Part shown: positions 36,306 to 49,752 of the stretch, in pieces | Layout of the letters: each line of letters opens with the position of its first letter | How positions within the stretch are numbered: the stretch's first letter is position 1 | Source of the DNA: Squalus acanthias | Taxonomy: Eukaryota | Length of the DNA: 64,000 nt | Direction: 5' to 3' | Assembly (NCBI GenBank): GCA_030390025.1 | Contig: CM059432.1 | Span: 46,750,001-46,814,000 of the forward strand | Notes under the pieces: model-generated | What the model saw: only the letters and a program-made list of their open reading frames with translations | Database searches by the model: none | Told to the model about the DNA's origin: nothing | Made by a program: the position numbers and the translations under genes

Positions 36306-38472
36306 ATAGGAGGAGATAGTGAGGGTCCAGAGCAAATATGTTCCCACAAAGAAAAAGGGTGGGACTCCCACATCTAGAGCCCCCTGGATGTCAAGGAGCA
36401 TACAGCGTAGGATAAGGAAAAAAAGGGAAGCTTTTGTCAGATACTGAGAGTTCAATATTACAGAAAGCCTAGAGGAGTATAGAAAGTGCAGGAAAGAAAT
36501 TAAAAAGGAAATTAGGAAAGCAAAGAGAAGGCATGAAAAAATATTGTCAAATAAAATCAAGGAAAACCCAAAGATGTTTTATAAATACATAAAGAGCAAG
36601 AGAATAACTAAGGAAAGAGTAGGACCTATTAGAGACCAAAATGGTAACCTATGTGTGGAGGCAGAAGACATGGGTATGGTTCTTAATGAATACTTTGCGT
36701 CTGTCTTCACAGACGAGAGGGACGATGCAGACATTGTAGTTAAGGAGGAGGAGTGTGAAATATTAGATGTGATAAACATAGAGAGAGAGGCAGTATTAAG
36801 AGGTTTAGCATCTTTGAAAGTAGATAAATCGCCAGGCCCGGATGAAATGTATCCCAGGCTGTTAAGAGAGGCAAGGGAGGAAATAGTGGAGGCTCTGACC
36901 ATCATTTTCCAATCCTCTCTGGCTACAAGCATGGTGCCAGAGGATGGGAGGACTGCTAACGTTGTGCTATTGTTTAAAAAGGGAGAACGGGATAGACCGA
37001 GTGATTAGTCAGCCTAACCTCGGTGGTGGGAAAATTATTGGAAAAAATTCTGAGGGACAGTGTAAATCATCATTTAGAAAGTCACGGATTAATCAAGGAC
37101 AGTCAGCATGGATTTGTTAAGGGAAGGTCGTGTCTGAATAACTTGATTGAATTTTTTGAGGCAGTAACGAGGAGTGTCGGAGAGGGTAGTGCATTTGATG
37201 TAGTCCACATGGATTTTAGCAAGGCCTCTGACAAGCTCTCACATGGCAGGTTGGTCAAAAAAGTAAAAGCCCATGGGATCCATGGGAAAGTGGCAAGTTG
37301 GATTCAAAATTGGCTCAGTGGCAGGAAGCAAAGGGTAATGGTCTACGGGTATTTTTGTGACCGGAAGGCTGTTTCCATTGAGGTTCCACAGGACTCAGTA
37401 CTAGGTCCCTTGCTTTTTGTGGTATACATCAATGATTTAGTCTTCAATGTAGGGGACATGATTAAGAAGTTTGCAGATAATACAAAAATTGGCCGTGTGG
37501 TTGATAGTGAGGAAGAAAACTGTAGACTGCAGGAAGATATCAATGGACTGGTGGGCTGAAAAGTGGCAAATGGAATTCAATCCGGAGAAGTGTGAGGTAA
37601 TGCATTTGGGGAGGGCTTAACAAGGCAAGGGAATACACAATAAATGGTAGGATACTGAGAAATGTAGAGGAACAGAGGGATCTTGGAGTGCATGTCCACA
37701 GATCCATGAAGGAAGCAGGACAGGTAGATAAGGTGGTTAAGAAGGCATACGGGATACTTTCCTTTATTAGCCGAGGCATAGAATATAAGAGCAGGGAGGT
37801 TAGGCTAGAACTGTATAAAACACTAGTTAGGCCACAGCTAGAGTACTGCATACAGTTTTGGTGACATTACAGGAAAGATGTGATTGCACTAGAGAGGGTA
37901 CAGAGGCAATTTACGAGGATGATGCCAGGACTGGAGAATTTGAGTAAAGATTGGATAGGTTGTTTTTTTTTTTCTTTGGAACAAAGGAGGCTGAGGGGAG
38001 ACTTAATTGAGGTGTATAAAATTATGAGGGGCCTAGATAGAGTGGATAGGAAGCACCTATTTCCCTTAGCAGAGAGGACAATAACCAAGGGGCATAGATT
38101 TAAAGTAATTGGCAGAAGGATTAGAGGGGGGTTGAGGAGAAATTTTTTCACCCAGAGGGCGGTGGGTGTCTGGAATGCACTGCCTGAAAGGGTGGTAGAG
38201 GCAAAAACCCTCATCACATTTAAAGAGTACTTGGATATGCACTTGAAATGCCGTAACCTGCAAGGTTGCGGACCAAGGCTGGAAAGTGGGATTAGGTTAA
38301 ATAGCTCTTTTTCGACCGGCGCAGACACAATGGGCTGAATGGCTTCCTTCTGTGCCGTAAATTTATATGATTCTTCTACTTTCACTCATTCTTACTTAGG
38401 ACCTCAAAACTTCAGAAGTTCTCCACTTCTTCCCACAATAAAAACCCAAACTTGACATTACTTGATCACTAA

Positions 38473-41400
38473 GGGCTAGATATTCGGTGCATTTGCGCCT
38501 CCCGTTAGCGCCTCTGGGGGCAATAACAGGGCGCAAACGACTTTTCGCCCGGGTGCAGTACCGCTAATGACTCCCGCTAATATCAGCGGGCGTTTAGAGG
38601 CGGCGGTAACTGGTAACGCCCCACTCCGATGGCGATGACGACGTTATCACCGTGCGCAGCGCCCCGTTTTTGCCCCGCCTGCAAAATTGGCCCGCGCCCC
38701 CTGAATCTGCACCGGGTGATAAGAGCATAAGAGCATAAGAAATAGGAGCAGGAGTAGGCCAATCGGCCCTTCGAGCCTGCTCCGCCATTCAATAAGATCA
38801 TGGCTGATCTGATCCTCACCTCAAATCTAAAGAACACAAGAAGTAGGAGCAGGACCCGGCCACTCAGCCCCTGGGCCCGCTATGCCACCCACAGGGCCTC
38901 GACCGATCCGAACTCAGCCTCATGTCCAATTTCCTGCCCGCTCCCCGTAACCCCTAATTCCCTTTACTTCTAGGAAACTGTCTATTTCTGTTTTAAATTT
39001 ATTTAATGATGTAGCTTCCACAGCTTCCTGGGGCAGCAAATTCCACAGACCTACTACCCTCTGAGTGAAGAAGTTTCTCCTCATCTCAGTTTTGAAAGAG
39101 CAGCCCCTTATTCTAAGATTATGCCCCCTAGTTCTAGTTTCACCCATCCTTGGGAACATCCTTACCGCATCCACCCGATCAAGCCCCTTCACAATCTTAT
39201 ATGTTTCAATAAGATCGCCTCTCATTCTTCTGAACTCCAATGAGTAGAGTCCCAATCTACTCAACCTCTCCTCGTATGTCCACCCCCTCATCCCGGGGAT
39301 TAACCGAGTGAACCTTCTTTGTACTGCCTCGAGAGCAAGTATGTCTTTTCTTAAGTATGGACACCAAAACTGTATGCAGTATTCCAGATGCGGTCTCACC
39401 AATACCTTATATAACTGCAGCAATACCTCCCTGTTTTTATAATCTATCCCCCTAGCAATAAAAGCCAACATTCCGTTGGCCTTCTTGATCACCTGCTGCA
39501 CCTGCATACTAACTTTTTGATTTTCTTGCACTAGGACCCCCAGATCACTTTGTACTGCAGTACTTTCCAGTTTCTCACCATTAAGATAATAATTTGCTCT
39601 CTGATTTTTCCTGCCAAAGTGCATAACCTCACATTTTCCAATATTGTATTGCATCTGCCAAATCTCCGCCCACTCACCCAGCTTGTCTATATCCCCTTGT
39701 AGGTTTTTTATGTCCTCCTCACTTTCTACTTTCCCTCCCATCTTTGTATCATCTGCAAACTTTGATATGTTACACTCGGTCACCTCCTCCAAATCGTTAA
39801 TATAGATTGTAAAGAGTTGGGGACCCAGCACCGACCCCTGCGGAACACCACTGGCTACTGGTTGCCAGTCCGAGAATGAACCATTTATCCCAACTCTCTG
39901 CTTCCTGTTAGATAACCAATCCTCCACCCATGCCAGAATATTCCCCCCAATCCAGTGATTTTTTATCTTGAGCAATAATCTTTTATGTGGCACCTTGTCG
40001 AATGCCTTCTGGAAGTCTAAATACACTACGTCCATTGGTTCCCCTTTATCCACCCTGTACGTTATGTCCTCAAAGAACTCAAGCAAATTTGTCAGACATG
40101 ACTTCCCCTTCATAAAGCCATGCTGACTTTGTCCTATTAAATTATGTTTATCTAAATGTTCCGTTACTGTCTCCTTAATAATAGACTCCAAAATTTTACC
40201 CACCACAGATGTTAGACTAACTGGTCTATAATTTCCAGCCTTCTGCCTACTACCCTTTTTAAATAAGGGTGTTACATTAGCAGTTTTCCAATCTGCCGGG
40301 ACCTTTGCTGAGTCCAGGGAATTTTGGAAAATTATTACCAAAGCATCCACAATCCCTACTGCCACTTCCCTCAAGACCCTAGGATGTAAACCATCAGGTC
40401 CAGGGGATTTATCCGCCTTGAGTCCCATTATTTTACTGAGTACCAATTCCTTAGTGATTTTAATCGTATTTAGCTCCTCCCCCCCAGAGCCCCCTGTTTG
40501 TCCAGTGTTGGGATATTCTTAGTGTCCTCTACCGTAAAGACTGAAACAAAATATTTGTTCAGCATTTTTGCCATCTCCATGTTTCCCACCATTAATTTCC
40601 CGGTCTCATCCTCTAAGGGACCTACGTTTGCCTTAGCCACCCTTTTTCTTTTTATATAACTATAGAAACTCTTGCTATCTGTTTTTATATTTTTTGCTAA
40701 TTTATTTTCATAATCTATCTTCCCTTTCTTAATCAATCCTTTAGTTACTTTTTGCTGTCTTTTGAAGACTTCCCAATCTTCTATCCTCCCACTAAGTTTG
40801 GCTACCTTATATGTCCTTGTTTTTAGTTGGATACTATCCTTAATTTCTTTACTTAGCCATGGATGGCTGTCATTTCTTTTACACCCTTTTTTCCTCAGTG
40901 GAATATATATTTTTTGAAAGTTGTAAAATAACTCCTTAAATGAACATCACTGCTCATGTACCGTCTTACCCTTTAATCTATTTTCCCAGTCCACTTTAAT
41001 CAATTCCGCTCTCATACCATCATAGTCTCCTTTATTCAAGCTCAGTACGCTTGTCTGAGAACCAACCTTCTCACCCTCTAATTGGATATGGAATTCAACC
41101 ATGTTATGGTCACTCATTCCAAGGGGATCCTTAACTAGGACATTATTAATTAATCCTGACTCATTACACAGGACCAGGTCCAAGGTTGCTTGCCCCCTTG
41201 TAGGATAAGTTACATACTGCTCAAGAAATCCATCCCTAATACACTCAATAAACTCTTCCTCAAGGCTGCCCTGCCCAATTTGATTTGTCCAGTTAATATG
41301 ATAGTTAAAATCCCCCATAATTATAGCTGTTCCCTTATTACATGCCCCAACTATTTCCTGATTAATACTTCTTCCAGCAGAGTTGCAACTATTAGGAGGC

Positions 41401-42435
41401 CTATATACTACTCCCACTAATGTTTTTTTCCCCTTATTATTCCTTATCTCCACCCAAACTGTTTCATTATCCTGATCCTTTGACCCAACATCATTTCTCT
41501 GTAATACAGTGATTCCTTCCTTTATTAACATAGCTACCCCACCTCCTCTTCCTTCCTGCCTGTCCTTCCTGATTGTTAAATACCCTGGCATATTTAATTC
41601 CCAGTCGTTGTCACCCTGCAGCCATGTTTCTGTAATGGCCACAAGATCATACCCATACGTAGTTATTTGTACCGTCAACTCGTCTATTTTGTTACGAATG
41701 CTGCGTGCATTCAGATAAAGAACTTTTAAATATGTTTTGTGACAATTTATTCCTGCTTTTACCCCCTTTACTACTTTACCTTTATCTTTATATATTCTGT
41801 CCCTTCCTGACACGCTCTGGTTTTTAATTACCCCACTGCTACTTTGCTCTATTGCCTTCTCCGCTGACATTTTTATTTTTTGCTCTCTTGAAACCTCCCC
41901 CCCACTAATTAGTTTAAAGCCCTCTCTACAGCCCTAGTGATGACAGCAACCGATTCAGGAGGCGGGAAAGGAGTGGCAGCAAGCTCGCGGGGCGGTAAGT
42001 AAAGGGGAAGCGGCGGGCGGGGGAAAAAAAAATTGGCCGAGTTACTTGTTGCACCCCGTTGCGTCTTTCAACGCGGGGTCCATGCTACAATCTGGCAGCC
42101 CGGCACTTCTCTTGAGTGCCGGGCAGCTGGCACGGCATCCCGCTCCCCGGTGGTCCAGGAAGGGCCCCGCAGCGTTTTGGGCTTGGGCACTCCCCTTTAA
42201 TGAGGGGAGGAGCCCTTCCATGTGACAGCGCTACGTGGCCCAGCACATAGCGCTGCAGAACACACCACCCCGATATTCGGGGTTAGCATTCTAAGAAGGA
42301 AGTGGAGCGCTTGAATTAGCGCTACACCTCCCTCCTGGGGCGCTAAAACTGAATTTAGCGATCGTCGGCGCTATTTTTCGCTGGGCGCTATACGATGTTA
42401 GCGACCCAAAATGGTCGCTAACTAATTTTTCCCTC
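38473..42435. mobile_element. Family F MITE (inverted copy) split by a CR1 insertion
   Basis: TSD TAA; halves 38473-38720 and 41937-42435 match the reverse complement of 23340-23994. Confidence 0.85.
38721..41936 (-). mobile_element. Young CR1 LINE with near-complete ORF2 (EN + RT)
   Basis: ORFs 40947-41870 (EN), 40470-40736 and 38920-40446 (RT, 508 aa); tail (TCTTATGC)n; GTGAT at both junctions. Confidence 0.92.
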
Positions 42436-43231
42436 TAAATATCTATTTAGCTCATCTTATACTTTACTCTTTTCACCCTTTGTGCTGTTCTGCTTCATGA
42501 ATCTTGAGCCTTTTCCAAACATAATTGAAGAGTTCCAATAGCATACTCTTTGAAATTATTTCACACCACAATGTTTTCAAAACAGAAATGCTCTTGAAAA
42601 GAAGTACCACCAAAGCTGAATTCTGATCTAAGCTTTGGATATCAATCTATTGATTTTCTCTGAATCCAATGTTCAGGTCATCAGAAGACCAGTCATCAAA
42701 TATGACCACTGAAAATATGACTTAAATTTACATTTTGAAGTTCAGTCCTGTGTGAAGGGTATTGTCTAGTCAATACATTTAATTTAGGCCATCATACACT
42801 CCCATTTTTTATACCTGGGGAGAACAGGTTGCAAAATTTTCTATGAAGAAAATTAGATTTTCTTTCCAACTTGGCAGAGGTAGGGGTCAAATAAAGTGAG
42901 GCATGTAGTCCCCTGATTTATGGTGTCTTTGACTCTAGTTAGGCCATAGTAAATCACTGCGGCAGCAGATTTTTCAATCCTACTTGTTCCCAAGGCCACA
43001 CAACTCTGAAAATAAATATTTAACATGAAACTATTATTTCCTATGAAGTGACAACAAAATCACTCTCTACCTTCCCTGTGACTATAAACTATTATTTTGC
43101 CACATTACCAAGTATAGCTACAAACCATTCATAAAATTACTGCTTGTGGTTCCTTTAAAATGATTTCATACCACAATGTTTTCAAAACACAAATATCTCA
43201 TGAAAATAAATCTGATGGTGGCAGTGACTAA

Positions 43232-46200
43232 GGCCACAATTTCCCCTACCTCGGTGGGTCCGGTGTGGCCGGGGTCAGTGGCGGGATGCGACCCCACTGC
43301 TGGCTCCAGCCCACTGTCCAAAGTGATTTTACGCTGATTGGGCTTGTTAAGCCCGCCCGGCCAATTGAAGGAAGCGGGACTGATGATGTCACTTGATGAC
43401 GCGTCATCAGCTAGTTTCCTTAAAGGGACCATGTGCAAATTTATTTTGACAGTTGTGCTGTCAATGTTCTACAGCATTGAGGTGCTGCAAACACTGACAA
43501 GCACTGCACAGAGGTGCAGGGCTGCACCCAGGCTCTCCCATGACTCCCTCCACAGCACGCATGGAGGTTCTCTTCCCTTCCAATGGGCCATGATGCGGAG
43601 ATGCCGGTGTTGGACTGGGGTGGACAAAAATGAGAAGTCGCACAACACCAGGTTATAGTCCAACAGTTTTATTTGAAATCATGAGCTTTCGGAGCGCCAT
43701 GATTTCAAATAAAACTGTTGGACTATAACCTGGTGTTGTGCGACTTCTCATTTTCTTCCAATGGGCGGAAGAGACCTCCCCAGGAGATCAACGCAGCCTG
43801 GTTGCACATTGCACAGGAGGACACAAGAGGAATGTCATTTGGTGGACCAGGATGCAGTGGAGCAAACCTTTCAATTATCTCAGTAGATCACAAAACATTA
43901 CTGCTAAGCCACACTCAACCTCATCCTGCTGTGCCACTCATCACATCCACATCACTCTGCCTTCCCTACCCTACTCCTGCACATCCTTACTCACACCAAC
44001 TTACCTTGTACCTCCACCCATCCCTCTCTATCTACATTATCACTTCCCATCTCACTAGCTACCCCTCACACTCACCCTCATCCTAGTCCAATCATACCAA
44101 GTAACAACACACAGGATGGGCACTTGGGTATTTTAGCCAATGTTCATGTGAAGTTTCTGTTAATGTGCTGTCAAACATTGAAATCTTTATTTTCAGCATT
44201 TTGCATTCTTGGACAGATTTGTGCGAACCTTTGGAAGTGGCTTAGTGAGTTGCAGTGAATGGTGAGACATAATGGTACCCCCCACAATGGCGATGAGTGT
44301 GGAAGGAATGGCTTTGGCACTGTAGAGATGCTTTATGTGTTGGTGTGGGGTAGTGCCAACCTGGCGCATCATGTGGCAGCCAGGGTGTACAGCATCAAGT
44401 GAAGTAAATCTGGCTATCATGAGGCCATCCCTGGCCTCCCAGCCAGCAATGTGATCAGGTGCTGATGCCCTCTGCCCTGATTGCAGAGAAGGTTGGTGTT
44501 GTTGTTGGTGCTGCTGGTGTGCCTGGTGCTGCTGATGTTGGGCTGATCTTGGTGAGATTCTGAGGACCAAGGTGAGATAGTTTCAAGGGCACCAATGCTG
44601 ATGTCATAGATGGCAGGTGAAGTTGAGATGACAGAAGCGATCTGTCAATGGTGAGAGAGGTTGTTCCCATGAGGTGACACTGGATAAAGTTTGCTCCAAA
44701 CACTTGCAAACTGCATAAAGTTCAATCTGTCTTCCAAATGCAGTAAGCAACTACTTGGAGACAAGGGCTATCCCCTGAAGACTTGGCTAATGACACCGAT
44801 GAGGAGGCCATCAAACGAAGCTGAAGAGCGCTACAATGTGAGCCACATTTTCACCAGAAGCATCATAGACCAAACTATCGGCTTGCTCAAAATGCGATTC
44901 AGATGCCTCGACAGAACTGGTGGAGCCCTACAGTACTCACCAGCCAGGGTCTCCAGAATCATCGTGGTCTGTTGTGCACTGCACAACATCGCACAGCAGC
45001 ATGGCTAACCGCTGCCTGAGGAACAAGTGACTCAGTGCACAACCTCCTCCTCCTCAGAGGAGGAGGAGGAGGAGGAGGAGGAGGAGGAAGACCTTGCGGA
45101 GGAGGATGTGTCAGTTCCACCTGCACACGAGCACATTGCTGGCCGTGAGGCAAGGGATGCACTAATCCATGTCAGATTTGTGTAACTTTACGAAGCCAAC
45201 ACATGTGGCTGCCACATGGAAATGAGTGTCTGGCCGACTTTTTTAACACACCATACAGCATCTGTACAATAAACTGTGGGTTCCTATCACTCTCACCACC
45301 ATCATTACAGATGAAAGGCGCCCTCACCCCTCACTGTGACACTTCCATTTCTGGGCACACATAGGCCAACTATTTGAATCTTTGCCAACGCGTTTCTTTA
45401 TTACAATTGAAATAACGAGAACATTCTTCACTTTGTATTAGATCAAAACACCCAAGTGACTACCCTTGTGACTATTTGTGTGTTAACTTTCTCTTACGCG
45501 TGCTTCTACATGGTGCTTCCCCTGTGGCTTCAGCAGATGTTGAGGCACCTTGCTCACTTTCATGCTGCGCCTGCTTCGACACCTTTGGTGGGCGTCCTCT
45601 GGGTTTGGGAGCCTGGGAGGGCTCGGCAACAGATAGCTCCTCCTGCGGCTGTGCAGGAGCTGAGACAGCCATCTCAGTTGGGTGAGGAATGTGGGGCTCT
45701 GACCAAGGGCTCCGCAGTGGCATGGGAGTGTGAGCGCTTGGAGAGGAGCCCACACTTCCTTGTTGTCGACCACCAACATCCCTCTCATGGGTTGCCCGCA
45801 CTTCACTGCTAGCAAGTAGCTGGAGAGCACCTTGCTGCACATCAGTGGGGCCATGAGGACCCGTCTCTGTACTGACAGTCCTCATAACGGGGATGTCCAT
45901 GTATCTCTGGTTCCTCTCCTCAATAAATGGCAATCTATCCTCCATAGCAGACCATCTATTTACAAGAGTCACCATGTTAATTTGCATCTGGCGACTTATT
46001 TCCTCCATGGAGGTTGCCATTCTTTCCATGGCGGCACCTACATTCGCCATTGAGTGCACCACGGCATTGCGCATGTTTGAGATGGATTCCTCCATTCTCT
46101 GCACACTCGCAGTTACAGTGGTTGCAAACTATGTCAGAGACTCCTGCACTTGTTCCTGAAGTTCTCTTTCTGGATGGCCCCAGAGGCACAGGGTCCACAT

Positions 46201-47635
46201 GCAGCTGAGCAGAGCTAGGAGTGCCCTGTGGCCTCTGACGAGGACTCTCCACTGCTGTCCCTGTCTCCACCATCTGCTGATGCTCACTTGTGAGCTGTGA
46301 TACACCAGGTGACAATACTAATCTATCTCGCGAATGACCCACCGAGGTGCGCGTATCTGCGCTCGTGCTGGGTGCACTCAATTCTGCTGAGACTACACCC
46401 TCAGAGGTTGCAGCTTCCTCTGAGGAGTCTTCTGGCTCTTCCTCCTGGGCAGTGGGGAGGGGGGCTCTGTGGGGGAGTAAAGGCATGAGTTAGACATGTG
46501 ATATTAACGTAGCAGACACATCCAATTATGCAGATGATCAGAACTCAATCTGTATGAACATCATATGCCATATCAGTCACTCATGCAATCTAAATAAGAG
46601 GGTTGCAAATCTATTCTGTCACCAGCTTGCTCTACTGCGCCCATCTCTCCGTCCCCCACTTCCAGCTCCTCAGCACCTCTGATGATGTCGAGAGCAGCCT
46701 CCTCAGCGGTGGTTAAATGCGCCATGGAAGGTGGCCCTCCTCCTGTCCTCCCCCTCTCCCTCTTATTATGGGCTCTCTTTTCCTGCAACGAGGGACACAA
46801 GTGGAGTTTGAGTGAGAATGTTGGAGTGAGTGTAGAGAATTCATAGCATAGATGCTTAGAGGGAGACAAAGATGGAGTGAGGTGCCAATACCAAGGTCCC
46901 TCCCTGTGAGTTGTTAGTTGTTGTCATTGCATAACAGTGATAGCGAGTGTGAGGGGTGCATAGTAGAATGGTGAAGTGATTCTGTACATAGAGAGAGAGG
47001 GATGGTTAAGGGTGCAAGGGATGTAAGAGTAAATTGGGATGTGCAGGAGTAGGTTGACAATGCATGTATTGGTGTTGGGAGGAGATGGGGAGCAGATTGA
47101 AGGTAAGTGTGATGTTATACTCACTTTTGCTGAGCGTCGCAGATCATTAAATCTTTTGCGGTACTGAACCCAGGTGCGTGAGTACAAAGACCTGGCGCTC
47201 ACCTCCTCAGCAATTTGCAGCCAGGCTGCCTTGGTTTGCTGAGGAGGCTTCCTCCGTCCATTTGAGGGATACAGAACCTCTTTGCACCCTCTCACTCCCT
47301 CCACAACAGCATGGAGGGAGTCATCATCAAATCTTGTAGAGGCCTTTGATCGTGAAGCTGTCATCTCGCTATCTGCCACAATGAGAAGCATCAGAAAATG
47401 AATGAAAATCCACAAGGCTGCATGGGCCCCTTAAATGCAGCTGGATAGAAGATGTCAGCAGAGGCGAGCAGCAGACCTGAACCCACTGATTGGGCCGGGA
47501 AGCGCGCACGACGGGCTTAATAAGCCTAGTTAAGGGAAAATCATTATCTCAGTGCGACTGAAACCGGCAGCGGGACCGGAACCCGCCGAACAGCCAACCC
47601 GACTCCAACCCGCTGCCGATGGTAAAATCGCGGCC
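43232..47635. mobile_element. Chimeric Harbinger remnant: family E left part joined to an inverted family 2 copy
   Basis: 43232-~44690 matches 31229-32550. ~44750-47635 is the reverse complement of 11938-14765 (transposase C-terminus plus Myb pseudogene 45472-47365 on minus). Confidence 0.8.
43589..43754. mobile_element. Palindromic Penelope-derived insertion (family 2, copy 3)
   Basis: ~55-bp inverted arms; 12-bp TSD CTTCCAATGGGC (43577-43588 / 43755-43766). Confidence 0.8.
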
Positions 47636-48743
47636 AATGTTTCTTCAAAGGGAAAGATGGAGAACCAGATGGAGGTTACTCTGAGCCACTTCAGTACACC
47701 TCATAGCAGATTAATCCAGAGCAACATAAATTAAAGCCTAGAAGCAAATTAGGTTGTAATTTTTGACATCATAGAAATGTTACCAGGTTACCAGTGGCCA
47801 AGTTGCAGATTAATGTGTACTCCAGCAAATGTGATTATCCACCATTTTTTCTTGATGTGTGATGAACGTTAGCCTCCTTCCCTCTGGTTCTGACAACACA
47901 CTTCAAGTAAGACAGTTGAGCGTACGGAACAGACTTTATTTATACAGTATAGATGATCAGTCCACACAGTACAAAGGGTAGCTACTCGGGTTCCTCTCGC
48001 TCCTATTACCTCACTCTGTTATACATTGGCGTTTACTACAAACTGGTATTTCATACATAGACAGACCTTTGGACTGTCAGCTCCTTCAAACTGCCTTATG
48101 AGATACCTCCCGACTTATGATTACACGGGTTGTTTATTTCAAAGCATGGACTATAGTTCTACATTAATCACTCATGGTCAATGTCCATTCTAGCCTGCAA
48201 GCCCTTGATAACCAGACATTTGGAGTGGAACAGAACCCCTTTGTTCGTGTTCCATGTTTCATCTTTCTTTGTGTTTCCCAGACAATCTGCTGGTCCATTG
48301 ACCAGTTATGGTTACTATGGTTCATTATAGTTACTATAGTTCAGTTTGATTATTAACTCTCATCTCTCCAACATATCCACCACTTTTTATTTCTTCTTAT
48401 GCATTCTCATATAGTGTGGTGAATTGCATAGACTTCTCATATAGTGGGGCGGACTGCATATACAGTATGGGTTGCAGCCGATCTTCAAATGAAGTTGGTT
48501 CAACGTAATTATCTTCTTCCTTACCCAGCAGCAAAGGATTAACATGATGATCAATAACTGGATCTTTAAGGCCACAATGCACACAATGGGGTGTAAGGCA
48601 ACATTCAAAACTCCAGTGGCTGATGATGACCACCCTAACAACAACTCCCATCATGAGTGCTTAATGTCATGTTCTATTCTCGTTTAGATCACCTGTATCT
48701 GATCTAGGTTGTCTTTAGTTTTCAAATGCAATTTCCAATCACT

Positions 48744-49752
48744 GGGGGCGATTTTCGATGGCTCCTTCAGGCGCTAAAGAGCCTCTGAGATGGGGTCTTG
48801 AGCTGAAACACCGGTTTAGCCGAAGTTTAGCGCAAAACGCCATCATGGTAAAGGAGTTGAAGCTTCCGCTAGGAACGGCCGCCCGGAGGATTGTTAAGCG
48901 GTTGATTGCCACTTAAATTGCCTGCTAGCGCTCATTAACAAGGCTGCATGGCATTTTGGTGGATCGTGCTTGGCCTAATGTCCTCTCCTAACAGCGACCA
49001 GCTGATTGGGAGTAAACAATTACTGAGGATTTCGAGCGCGTCTTAAAGGTATATCACTTGCTGCTGGAGGTTTGAAGAGGACTTTTGAAACACATCGGGA
49101 GACTTTCTGGGACACTTTGACAAGACTTTACCAACACTCCATCAACATGTATTCCGGAAGTTCTCTGAGGACTTCACCTAAAAAGAGTGAGTGCTGTGCT
49201 ACTCTATCTTATTGGATACCTTATAGGAGTCACCAGGAGAAAAGGAGTGCTTGGTCATCGGCATCTTGCTAGGGGACCGCCTTGATCTGCAGGAGGAATG
49301 GGAGGAGGACATGAGGCCAGGCACAGCAGCGCCAGCTGCTGCAGGAGAGGGGGACAGGAGGAGAGGCGGACTCCTTCCCCCCCCACTGCGGGTACAGGAC
49401 ATCCCTCTTCCTCTGGACCTCCTCCACCAGGACCTCCAGTGCTGCGTCCAACAAACTGTGCCCTCTCACTTGGTCCCTGAGCCATCCTGAAACCTGCCGC
49501 TGTGTCAGCCAGCGCACTTCACATCTTCAGTGGAAATGGGTGCGTGGAGCCCACAGATACTTCTCCACGAAAATTGCGGCTAATCAGCGCTTGAGTGCTA
49601 AACCTGCAGGTGTCTGTTTTAACACCTCCAGGCAAATTTAAATTGTGGTAATCAGCAATTCGGACCAAAATTGCGTGCTAAAAACAGACTTTAAAACAGG
49701 CGTGTCTTATTAGCACAGCACCCATTTTCACCCTTTCACCAAAATAACCCCC
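48744..49752 (-). mobile_element. Non-autonomous Harbinger with Myb remnant
   Basis: TIR GGGGGCGATTTT / AAAATAACCCCC, TSD ACT; DAALEVLVEEVQRKRDVLYP on minus strand. Confidence 0.75.

Larger units (their letters stand above)
33670..38373 (+). mobile_element. Near full-length degraded CR1 LINE
   Basis: 5' tandem repeats, ORF1 with Cys-rich N-terminus (CTSC..CRMC) and esterase remnant, EN (YFNARS, ITETWL, SDHN), RT and 3' UTR. Confidence 0.88.

Noticed and set aside
47856..48660. Possible LTR retrotransposon remnant (TGT...ACA, minus-strand AATAAA)
   Set aside because: No matching TSD, second LTR or recognisable gag/pol motif.
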